Made by a program: the position numbers and the translations under genes. From NCBI GenBank assembly GCA_049967475.1, contig JBMFSQ010000001.1, forward strand, positions 118,600 to 182,599: DNA of 64,000 nucleotides, written 5' to 3'. Below, one piece after another: positions 48,149 through 57,268 of the stretch (its first letter is position 1; every line of letters starts with the position of its first letter). The notes below the pieces were generated by a model that was not told the DNA's origin, did no database searches, and was given only the letters and a program-made list of their open reading frames with translations. The DNA is from Chthonomonadales bacterium (GTDB lineage Bacteria > Armatimonadota > Chthonomonadetes > Chthonomonadales > CAJBBX01).

Positions 48149-48276
48149 TCCCTTCGTCCTCCTCTCGGTAACAGGTTTGCGTCGCGTCAAACGAACCGGT
48201 ATTTGAGCTCAGCAAGCATTGCACCTGGGCACTGTTCCTGAAAAGCGCCCATCCACCCGGATCTCACAGCCGACTA

Positions 48277-48301
48277 TTCGACGGCGCCTGCAGGATCTCC
48301 T
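48277..48301 (-). promoter_or_regulatory. Sigma-H-like promoter AGGA-N17-CGAAT (proximal) for the exosortase cassette
   Basis: Minus strand GAAGGAGATCCTGCAGGCGCCGTCGAATAG. Confidence 0.55.
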
Positions 48302-48381
48302 TCATGATACCCGCAAATTGCCCGCTAATGTTCCAGGTTCCGTCACTTTCCGGGTCGTGCCTCCAGCCCATCACCGCTGAG

Positions 48382-48406
48382 TTCGGCGCCATCGCTGCAA
48401 ATTCCT
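48382..48406 (-). promoter_or_regulatory. Sigma-H-like promoter AGGA-N17-CGAA (distal) for the exosortase cassette
   Basis: Minus strand GAAGGAATTTGCAGCGATGGCGCCGAAC. Confidence 0.55.
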
Positions 48407-48648
48407 TCTTTTGCGGCAATCCAAGTAGAAGGTTTTTGCCCGCTCCGCCCGATTCTCGGCATCGAGTACGGCCCGCTTTAGATCTGCAGGAGCTTTTCTC
48501 GCGACACGCTTGAATGGAGCGGCTGCAACCGGCCGTCCATAACCGTTTGACGTATCTGGGCGGGGGAGGGTTCGCACGAGTTGCGATTTCGGGCGGAGCA
48601 GAAAAGGAAATCCAGGCCAAAGTCAAATTGGTTATGTGTTTGTTTATG

Positions 48649-48678
48649 TTGACCCTCGATTTGGCGGTATGCTATACT
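48649..48678 (+). promoter_or_regulatory. Sigma70-type promoter for the ACT-aspartokinase-atp operon
   Basis: TTGACC-N18-TATACT with extended -10 (TGn), 34 nt before the ATG at 48713. Confidence 0.7.
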
Positions 48679-48712
48679 TCCGTGAAGGATTGCACAGAGT
48701 CGGAGCCCGTCC

Positions 48713-49216
48713 ATGGATCCCTCGGAAGACAAATCTCTGCACCGTGTGTCCTTTGAGCGGGAGCGCGGCGTCTACGATGTGGAAGTCGTGGGCGATATCG
48801 GCCATGTGGTCGTGAAGGTTGGGGCGGAAGGAGACAGGAACGACCGCATTGCACGGCTTTTTCGGCAGGTGGCGGATGAGGGCATCCCCATATTCCTGAT
48901 CAAGCTGCACCGCTCCGCAGTGTCCTTTGCAGTGCGCGGCGATGCCTTGGAGCGCGTGGAAGCGCTTCTGACGTCCAAAGGTGAGAGATACCGCGCGCGC
49001 CGAGATTTGGCTTTGGTCAACATTATAGCGAGTTCCATGCGCGACCTCATTGGAGTGATGGTGCGCATCGGAGACGCTCTTCAGCGCGCAGGCGCCCGCG
49101 TGTTCGCAACGGGGGATTCCCATAACTCCGTGCAGTGCCTCATCGAGGAGGCCCGCGTGTCACAGGCAGTGAACGAACTGAGAGCAGAATTCGGTCTGGG
49201 ACCCGCTGATGCCTAG
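48713..49216 (+). CDS. Stand-alone tandem ACT domain protein (aspartokinase regulatory-like)
   Basis: ARLFRQVADEGIPIFLI...SFAV and LVNII...MRDLIGVMVRIGDAL...DSHNSVQCLI...AVNEL..EF mirror the AK ACT1/ACT2 pair. Confidence 0.75.
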   Translation: MDPSEDKSLHRVSFERERGVYDVEVVGDIGHVVVKVGAEGDRNDRIARLFRQVADEGIPIFLIKLHRSAVSFAVRGDALERVEALLTSKGERYRARRDLALVNIIASSMRDLIGVMVRIGDALQRAGARVFATGDSHNSVQCLIEEARVSQAVNELRAEFGLGPADA

Positions 49217-50588
49217 GATCATTGTTCAAAAGTTCGGCGGCACCTCCGTGGACAGCGACGCACATCGGAGGATGGCGGCGCGCAAGGTGATCGCGGCCAA
49301 AGAGGCCGGCTATGCTCCCGTGGTGGTGGTGAGCGCGATCGGGCGCGCCGGAGCGCCCTATGCTACGGACACTCTGGTGCGGGAGCTGAAATCTATTGAT
49401 CCCTCCACACCTCCGCACCCCCGCGAACTGGACATGATGATGGCCTGTGGAGAGATCATATCCACGGCGGTGATGGCCGTAACGCTGCAATCTATGGGAT
49501 ACCCGGCCATCGCCTTATCCGGAGGGCAGGCCGGCATCATTACCGATGACCAATTCGGCAATGCCCGCATCGTGGCGATCCACCCGAACTCCATCTTGAG
49601 GGCCATCGAGCGCGGGCAGATCCCGGTGGTATGCGGATTTCAGGGTGTCACGACGATCACGGAAGAAGCCGAGCATGGCTCGATTACGACGCTGGGGCGG
49701 GGTGGAAGCGACACCACTGCCGCAGCATTGGGTGCTGCACTCAAGGCTCAAGCCGTGGAGATCTACACGGACGTGGATGGTGTGAAGACGGCAGATCCGG
49801 ACTTCGTTCCCGACTGTCGCACGTTGGATGTGTGCACCTATGAGGAAGTGGCGGAGATTGCACACCAAGGTGCCAAGGTCGTACACCCGCGGGCAGCCGA
49901 GATTGCCATGGATCACGGCATTCCCCTTTGGGTGAAATCTACGTTTTCGGATGCCCCAGGAACCCGCATCGTCAGCGAAGCGGAGGTACCTGCCTCGGTG
50001 CGGCAGCGCATCACCGGCGTTACGCATACCGGCAAGATTGTCTTCATCCGGCTGGAGATCGCCAATGAGGCCCACAAGCCTCTGGTAGAGCAGGAAGTAT
50101 ATCGGCTCATGGCGAGGGCGGGCGTCAACATCTATCTGGTGAGCTTCAGTACGCACGCCATGTCTTTCGCCGTGTCCAGGGAACTGTATCCTGTCGCGCG
50201 GGATCTGCTGGATGGGATGGTGGTGCCTATCGGCAGCGATGCTGCAGCGCGCCCCATTTCCACCTTCTACATTTTTAAGTTTGCCGAGGGGCTGGATTTG
50301 GCCTACAGATCCCAGCGGCCCCTCTTGAGGCCGTTGGAGGGCATCATTGAGATCGTAGACGTGCCGGGCACGGTGTTCGAGAATGGTACCATGGTGTCTG
50401 TGATTGCGGGCCGTCATCGGCAGGTTCCGGGTATCATGGCGGCGATTTTCGAGACGCTGGTTGGCGCCGGGATCCAGATCTACCAGGTGGCGGATTCGAA
50501 TATGTCCATCTCTTGCCTGGTAGCCGAGAATGAGGCCGAGCGCGCGGTTCGGTTGTTGCACAGCCGCTTCAACTTAGGGGCTGCGTAG
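49209..50588 (+). CDS. Aspartate kinase
   Basis: VQKFGGTSV, VVVSAIG, YATD, TTLGRGGSDTTA, YTDVDGV, GAKVVHPRA; two C-terminal ACT domains. Confidence 0.95.
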   Translation: MPRIIVQKFGGTSVDSDAHRRMAARKVIAAKEAGYAPVVVVSAIGRAGAPYATDTLVRELKSIDPSTPPHPRELDMMMACGEIISTAVMAVTLQSMGYPAIALSGGQAGIITDDQFGNARIVAIHPNSILRAIERGQIPVVCGFQGVTTITEEAEHGSITTLGRGGSDTTAAALGAALKAQAVEIYTDVDGVKTADPDFVPDCRTLDVCTYEEVAEIAHQGAKVVHPRAAEIAMDHGIPLWVKSTFSDAPGTRIVSEAEVPASVRQRITGVTHTGKIVFIRLEIANEAHKPLVEQEVYRLMARAGVNIYLVSFSTHAMSFAVSRELYPVARDLLDGMVVPIGSDAAARPISTFYIFKFAEGLDLAYRSQRPLLRPLEGIIEIVDVPGTVFENGTMVSVIAGRHRQVPGIMAAIFETLVGAGIQIYQVADSNMSISCLVAENEAERAVRLLHSRFNLGAA

Positions 50589-50599
50589 GGGCATCCTCA

Positions 50600-50932
50600 A
50601 TGGGAGGGTCGGACAAGGAAGAACGGCCTGAATCGGATGAGCAGGTACCGCCTCTTCCGGAGGTCCCGGAACCGCCCAAGGTAGAAGTGCGCCTTCCCCC
50701 GAAGGAAGCGCGCCAGACGGAGGATCTCGAGGCCGGATACCGGCGCATGGGCATCGCGTACACCATACCGATCGCCTTGGTGGCCCCTATTGTGCTGCTG
50801 ACGTTGCTGGGCGCCTGGCTGGATGGGCGATTGCGTCATTCGCCGGCGTTCACGCTGGGTGGTGCGTTGGTGGGTATCGTTGTAGGGCTACTCAATATGA
50901 TCCGCTTAGTGGCCCGGCTGAACAGGGAATGA
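50600..50932 (+). CDS. AtpZ/AtpI-family protein
   Basis: Two TMs with GAWLD motif; first gene of the atp cluster. Confidence 0.8.
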   Translation: MGGSDKEERPESDEQVPPLPEVPEPPKVEVRLPPKEARQTEDLEAGYRRMGIAYTIPIALVAPIVLLTLLGAWLDGRLRHSPAFTLGGALVGIVVGLLNMIRLVARLNRE

Positions 50933-51351
50933 AGGAGTACAGCATCCGGATGCCTGACGAGCAATTGCCAATCCGTGTATTGAAGACATCGGCGTGGGTT
51001 GCGTGCCTCGGCGCGCTGCTGCTGCTGGATCGCGGGTTGGCGGCTTGGGCGCTGGGTTGGGCCATCGGCTGCGGCCTCAGCATGCTGAGCCTGGCAAGTC
51101 TCACCTATTTGGTGCCGAGGCTCGTGTGGCCTGCGCGGCCGAGGGTCAAACTGCTGCTGGGTGTTGTGGTGCTCGTAAAGCTCCCGGTTTTGGCGGTGGT
51201 GCTGAATTACGCGATGGCAAGCCCACATGTGGCGCCGCTGGGAGTGTTCGTCGGCGCGGGTTTGACGCCGGCCATCATTGTTCTCAAAGTGTTGGGGTAT
51301 CAACTGTCACAACCGAACGCATCTGCAGGAGGATGGCGTTGCCGCAACTAG
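50929..51351 (+). CDS. ATP synthase protein I-like membrane protein
   Basis: Four hydrophobic helices, position before atpB, ATGA overlap. Confidence 0.7.
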   Translation: MKEYSIRMPDEQLPIRVLKTSAWVACLGALLLLDRGLAAWALGWAIGCGLSMLSLASLTYLVPRLVWPARPRVKLLLGVVVLVKLPVLAVVLNYAMASPHVAPLGVFVGAGLTPAIIVLKVLGYQLSQPNASAGGWRCRN

Positions 51352-52202
51352 GGACACCGGTGCGGATAGCCCAAGGGCCGGCCGGCCACGAGCGCGCGGG
51401 TACAGAGGCGGGTGCGCCTGGTGGAGAGATCCACGCGTCGGCCGGCCCGCCGGAACATGAACAGTACAAGCTGGGCGACATTCCAAACCCGGGCATGCTC
51501 TTCTGGAATGCCGTGCTCGTGGCTGTGCTCCTTGTGGCCTTCGGCGCCGCCGCTACGCGCAAGATGCAGTCGGTTCCAAAGGGGCTGCAGAACTTCGGCG
51601 AATTCATTGTGGAGGTGTTCATCAACTTCACGCGAGGGGTGATCGGTCCTGGCGGGGAGAAATACGTGCCTTTGGCGGGCACGCTTTTTCTGTTCATCTT
51701 TGCCGGAAACATCTGGGGGCTCATCCCAGGTTTCCATTCGCCTACGGCGAATCTCAGTACTACGCTCGCGCTTGGCCTTATCGTGTTCTTCTACGTGCAA
51801 TACGTGGGCATTCGCTCCAACGGGCTCTGGGGATACATCAAGCACTTCATGGGTCCCATGCCGGCCGTAGCGATCCTGTTGTTTCCCATCGAGGTGATTA
51901 GTGAGCTCGTAAAGCCCTTCACACTGGCCATGCGCCTTTTTGGGAACATCTTCGGCGAGGACACTGTAGTGATCTTGTTGGCTACGCTCGCCATCAATAT
52001 GCTCAAGCCGGCGCCCATATTGCCGCTGCAGTTTCCCATCATGCTGCTTGCTCTGCTTACGGCGTTTGTTCAGGCGCTGGTGTTTACGCTGCTGACATGC
52101 ATCTATATTTCTTTGCAAAGTCACCATGACACCGATCATGAGGCCGAGCATGCTCTAGGGCACGGGCACGCGGGCATCGAGGAGAGCGGCCTGGTGCCGT
52201 AA
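51339..52202 (+). CDS. atpB: F0 subunit a
   Basis: PKGLQNFGE, PTANL, LAMRLFGNI, QALVFTLLTCIYI; TTG start 6 nt after AGGAGG. Confidence 0.95.
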   Translation: MPQLGTPVRIAQGPAGHERAGTEAGAPGGEIHASAGPPEHEQYKLGDIPNPGMLFWNAVLVAVLLVAFGAAATRKMQSVPKGLQNFGEFIVEVFINFTRGVIGPGGEKYVPLAGTLFLFIFAGNIWGLIPGFHSPTANLSTTLALGLIVFFYVQYVGIRSNGLWGYIKHFMGPMPAVAILLFPIEVISELVKPFTLAMRLFGNIFGEDTVVILLATLAINMLKPAPILPLQFPIMLLALLTAFVQALVFTLLTCIYISLQSHHDTDHEAEHALGHGHAGIEESGLVP

Positions 52203-52274
52203 ACGACGCCTGATTTAGGGCGTACGGGTTGTAGCACAAACGACACCAACTGGAACAAGGAGAGGAGACACAGG

Positions 52275-52553
52275 ATGATCTACTTTGGTTTGCTTGCGCT
52301 GGGTGTGGCGCTGGGTTTGCCCATCGCCGTAATCGGCGGCGCATTGGGGCAGGGGCGGGCTGCGGTCGGAGCCCTGGAGGGCATGGCCCGCCAGCCGGAG
52401 GCTATAGGGCGCATCCAGACGGCGATGATCTTGGCACTGGCGTTTATCGAGTCCCTGGTGATCTTCACGTTCGTGTTTCTGTTCCTGCTGAAGGGAGCCA
52501 TGCCGAGCGATCCCAACGCCGTCCTTCAGGCTTTGCAGTCCTTGCCGAAGTAG
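52275..52553 (+). CDS. atpE: F0 subunit c
   Basis: ARQPEA loop, AFIESL with ion-binding Glu. Confidence 0.96.
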   Translation: MIYFGLLALGVALGLPIAVIGGALGQGRAAVGALEGMARQPEAIGRIQTAMILALAFIESLVIFTFVFLFLLKGAMPSDPNAVLQALQSLPK

Positions 52554-52588
52554 GCGGCCAATCCCAATAACCGCGACCCGAGGGACCC

Positions 52589-53083
52589 ATGCTTCAGGAA
52601 CTCCTTAAGAGCCTGAATATTGATCCGCGCCTTATGCTCGCCAACGGCATTCTGTTCCTGGTGCTGCTTAAGGTATTGGACGCCCTCTTCTGGAAGCCCA
52701 TAATGCGGCATCTGGAACGGCGTCGGGCCGGCATCGACGAAGCCTATCGGCGGGTTGAAGAAACTCGACAGGAGATGGAGAACCTGCGGGCGGAATACCA
52801 AGGACGACTGGCCAAAATCGAGGCGGATGCCCGTATGCGCATCCAAGAGGCAGTGCGGGAGGCTCAGCGCCAGCGTGAAGAGGCGATCGCTCGGGCGCGT
52901 GAAGAGGCCGAGCAGATCATGCGGGATGGTGAGCAAGATGTGGCCCGCGAAGTCGAAGCCGCGATGACGGCCATGCGCGAAAACCTCGCCGTCGTAGCGG
53001 TAGGGGCGGTAAGCAAGGTGCTTCAAAAGGAACCCGGACCGGAGGTTCGCACCCGCGTGGAGGAATACCTGAGACAGGTCTGA
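52589..53083 (+). CDS. atpF: F0 subunit b/b'
   Basis: N-terminal TM, WKPI...ERR, coiled coil. Confidence 0.85.
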   Translation: MLQELLKSLNIDPRLMLANGILFLVLLKVLDALFWKPIMRHLERRRAGIDEAYRRVEETRQEMENLRAEYQGRLAKIEADARMRIQEAVREAQRQREEAIARAREEAEQIMRDGEQDVAREVEAAMTAMRENLAVVAVGAVSKVLQKEPGPEVRTRVEEYLRQV

Positions 53084-53114
53084 TGCAGGCTGCAGAGGGA
53101 CACTAGGGGACAGT

Positions 53115-53642
53115 ATGGGCTTTCAATCTCCATGGGTACTGGAACATGTTCAAGGGGTTACGACCCTCCAGTGGTTTATTGTAACCCTTGTGGGCTTTCT
53201 GCTGCTGGTTTGGGTATGGGTTCGCTACATTTGGCCCTCCATGGTCGCCCAGCACCTGGAAGAACACCAGCGCAGGGTAGCCGAGGCCATCCAAGAGGTG
53301 GACCATGCCCTGGCGGAGATGGACCGCCTTCGTGATGATTACCGGTCAAGGTTGGATCGCATCGAAGAGGAGACGCAGCGACGCATGGCCGAGGCAGTGG
53401 CGGAGGCTGAGGCGCTGCGGGAGCAGATCATCGCGGAAGGGCGGGCTTCGGCCGATGCCATCGTCGCCAGAGGCCGCCAGGAAGTGGAAAGAGAACGGGC
53501 CAAAGCGCGGGTGCGGCTGCGGGGTATGTTTGTGGATCTCGTAATTAACGCCGCACGCGCTGCGGCCCCGGATGCGCTGGATGGCACGGATCACCGGAGG
53601 TTGATTGACCGCTTCATTCACGATGTAGGAGGTGCCCATTGA
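53115..53642 (+). CDS. atpF: F0 subunit b (second b-type subunit)
   Basis: N-terminal TM, coiled coil, C-terminal HRRLIDRFI. Confidence 0.8.
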   Translation: MGFQSPWVLEHVQGVTTLQWFIVTLVGFLLLVWVWVRYIWPSMVAQHLEEHQRRVAEAIQEVDHALAEMDRLRDDYRSRLDRIEEETQRRMAEAVAEAEALREQIIAEGRASADAIVARGRQEVERERAKARVRLRGMFVDLVINAARAAAPDALDGTDHRRLIDRFIHDVGGAH

Positions 53643-54190
53643 GCGGGCGTGCCGACGCGCGGGCAGGCCGGCGCTACGCTGCCGCGCTCTTCAACACGGC
53701 TCTTGCCCATGGGGCCGCAGAGGCCGTTCGCGAAGATCTTCGCCAACTCGCATCGTTGTGGGCGAGCATGCCGCTCTTACGCCGGAGCTTGGAGAGCCCC
53801 CTGATGCCGGCGGCCCGCAAACGCGAAGTGGTAGACCAAGTGCTGGCTCCCAGGCTTCACGAGCTTACAGTGCGCTTCTTGCACCTTTTGATCGGCAAGC
53901 GGCGGGAGGAAATCCTGCCGGACGTCCAGCGCACCTACGATCGTATGGCGGATTTGCAGCAGGGCATCGTGCGCGCTGAGGCTGTGACGGCGGTGGAACT
54001 GGATGACGTGCAGCGTGCGGCTCTCGTGGAGGCGTTGGAGCGGCGCACGGGACGGAATGTAGATCTCACGGTACGCGTGGATCCGGCAATCATCGGTGGA
54101 GTGGTGGTTCAGCTCGAAGACACGGTAATAGACGGCAGCGTGCGCGGCGCCCTTGAAAGGCTGCGTGAACAGATGCTTGGAGAAGAGTAA
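53639..54190 (+). CDS. atpH: F1 subunit delta
   Basis: RRYAAALF, VDPAIIGG, IDGSVRGAL. Confidence 0.93.
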   Translation: MSGRADARAGRRYAAALFNTALAHGAAEAVREDLRQLASLWASMPLLRRSLESPLMPAARKREVVDQVLAPRLHELTVRFLHLLIGKRREEILPDVQRTYDRMADLQQGIVRAEAVTAVELDDVQRAALVEALERRTGRNVDLTVRVDPAIIGGVVVQLEDTVIDGSVRGALERLREQMLGEE

Positions 54191-54257
54191 GCCGGACGGG
54201 CGTCCGTAGGCCGGATGGGCGCCATGGACATCACAGAGGCTGCGAGGGAGAGGAAAC

Positions 54258-55952
<1,695 letters not shown>

Positions 55953-55985
55953 CGGGACACCCGGCTGAGCAGATGGTTGCACAAA

Positions 55986-56015
55986 CAGCCCCTCCCACGT
56001 GTTGCGGAGGGGCTG
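55986..56015 (-). terminator. Hairpin between convergent atpA and DUF2905 genes
   Basis: CAGCCCCTCC-N10-GGAGGGGCTG perfect 10-bp stem; short U-tract (TTTGT) on the minus strand. Confidence 0.65.
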
Positions 56016-56039
56016 CGTGCATGCGCTTGGCCCACATCC

Positions 56040-56255
56040 TCAGCGTCGCCGGAAAAGCAGATTGAGGAGGATGGTGAGGACAAGGCTCACCAGAAGGCTG
56101 GACACGATGGGGAAGTAGAAAGTGAAACCGCCCTTGCGCACAAGGATGTCGCCCGGGAGGCGCGGAGCGCCGAACCTGCCCAGCACGAGCAGGACGCCTC
56201 CGAGCACAGCCAAGAGAAAGCCGAACAGGATAAGACTTTTGCCAAGTTCTGTCAT
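56040..56255 (-). CDS. DUF2905 small membrane protein
   Basis: LGK.LI, RLPGDI, FYFPIVSSLLVS. Confidence 0.85.
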   Translation of the reverse strand: MTELGKSLILFGFLLAVLGGVLLVLGRFGAPRLPGDILVRKGGFTFYFPIVSSLLVSLVLTILLNLLFRRR

Positions 56256-56308
56256 GGCGGTTTGCGGTGGGGCTGCCGATCCGTTTGCAGACCGGCAGCC
56301 CAAGCGCG

Positions 56309-56713
56309 TCAATCAACGGTTACAGGGATCTTCTTGGGTTTGGCTGCTTCCGCCTTTGGCAGATTGAGTGTCAGAACCCCGTGCTTGAGCTCTGCGGTAA
56401 TGCGGCTCACATCCACCGCGTCGCTCAACTGGAACTGGCGGAAGAAGTTTACCAGCTCGAACTCCGAATAAGACGGGTCAACAGGAAGCGCGTGTTTCGC
56501 CCGGCCTTGAATGGTGAGGACGTCGTCCTTCACGTCCACACTCAGGGCGTCCCGGCTCACTCCGGGCAGATCTGCCACGAGCGTGAGGCCATCGGGAGTT
56601 TCATAGATATCCACCGGGGGAGCAAGGTACTGCTCCTGGGCCCGTGTACCCTCTCTTGTCGTGCTCTGTGTTCCGCCGTGCGGCGCAGGCTGCGGAATGG
56701 TCTTTTCGGCCAT
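56309..56713 (-). CDS. Hsp20/alpha-crystallin small heat shock protein
   Basis: PPVDIYET, ADLPGV, FFRQFQL, HGVLTLNLPKAE, PKKI. Confidence 0.93.
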   Translation of the reverse strand: MAEKTIPQPAPHGGTQSTTREGTRAQEQYLAPPVDIYETPDGLTLVADLPGVSRDALSVDVKDDVLTIQGRAKHALPVDPSYSEFELVNFFRQFQLSDAVDVSRITAELKHGVLTLNLPKAEAAKPKKIPVTVD

Positions 56714-56746
56714 AATGTCTTCTCCTCCTTGCAGAACCGTCTGCTG

Positions 56747-57211
56747 CTAGCTTACCGTTACCTTGATTTGTCGCGGTTTGGCTTCCTCCGCCTTGGGGAT
56801 TGTGATGAGGAGCAAACCATCGGCATACTTGGCCGAAATGCGGGCGCTGTCTACTTCTACTGGAAGCTCGATCGTCCGCACGAACTTGCCGGCAGCGCGC
56901 TCGCAGCGATGGAAGGCTTCCTGGGGCACGTTACCGGGACTGGGCTTCTGCCCGCTGATCGTGAGGGTATTGCGCACGGCTGTAACCTCAAGCGATTGAG
57001 GGTCCAGGCCGGGCGCAAGAGCCTCCACGTAGAGGTTATCTCGGTCGTCTGCCAGGTTGATGAGGGGATAGGTGCGCGCAGAGCGACCGGGCAAAAAACT
57101 GGACCGTCGCCATGCCTCGCGCGGAGCAGTAGTGCCGGTAGTGGCGCTCAGCAGCCGCTCGAGTTCACGCAAGCGCTCATCTACTTCATGGAAGGGATCC
57201 CATGCTCGCAC
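56747..57211 (-). CDS. Hsp20/alpha-crystallin small heat shock protein
   Basis: WDPF, YPLIN, ERAAGKFVRTIELP, DGLLLITIPKAEEAKPRQI; GTG start after AAGGAG. Confidence 0.92.
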   Translation of the reverse strand: MRAWDPFHEVDERLRELERLLSATTGTTAPREAWRRSSFLPGRSARTYPLINLADDRDNLYVEALAPGLDPQSLEVTAVRNTLTISGQKPSPGNVPQEAFHRCERAAGKFVRTIELPVEVDSARISAKYADGLLLITIPKAEEAKPRQIKVTVS

Positions 57212-57268
57212 CGTTTTTATCTCCTTTCTGTTCGATCTCCAGGCGGCGGAAGCCACCCGGGTACGTCG

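Noticed and set aside
48410..48712. Lysine riboswitch ahead of aspartokinase
   Set aside because: A good sigma70 promoter sits only about 34 nt before the first ATG, leaving no room, and no L-box motifs are seen
50994..51338. Long N-terminal extension of atpB in the ORF track
   Set aside because: Overlaps the atpI-like gene; AGGAGG followed by TTG at 51339 gives a normal subunit a
52275..52553. Na+-translocating ATP synthase
   Set aside because: Subunit c has Gln and Glu-Ser but reads ESLVIF rather than ESTxxY, so the Na+ ligand set is incomplete; H+ coupling is more likely
27955..54206. 13-bp GGACGGGCGTCCG at 27955-27967 and 54194-54206, both just after stop codons
   Set aside because: Only two copies; 13-mer matches are expected by chance in 64 kb of GC-rich DNA; not enough for a REP family
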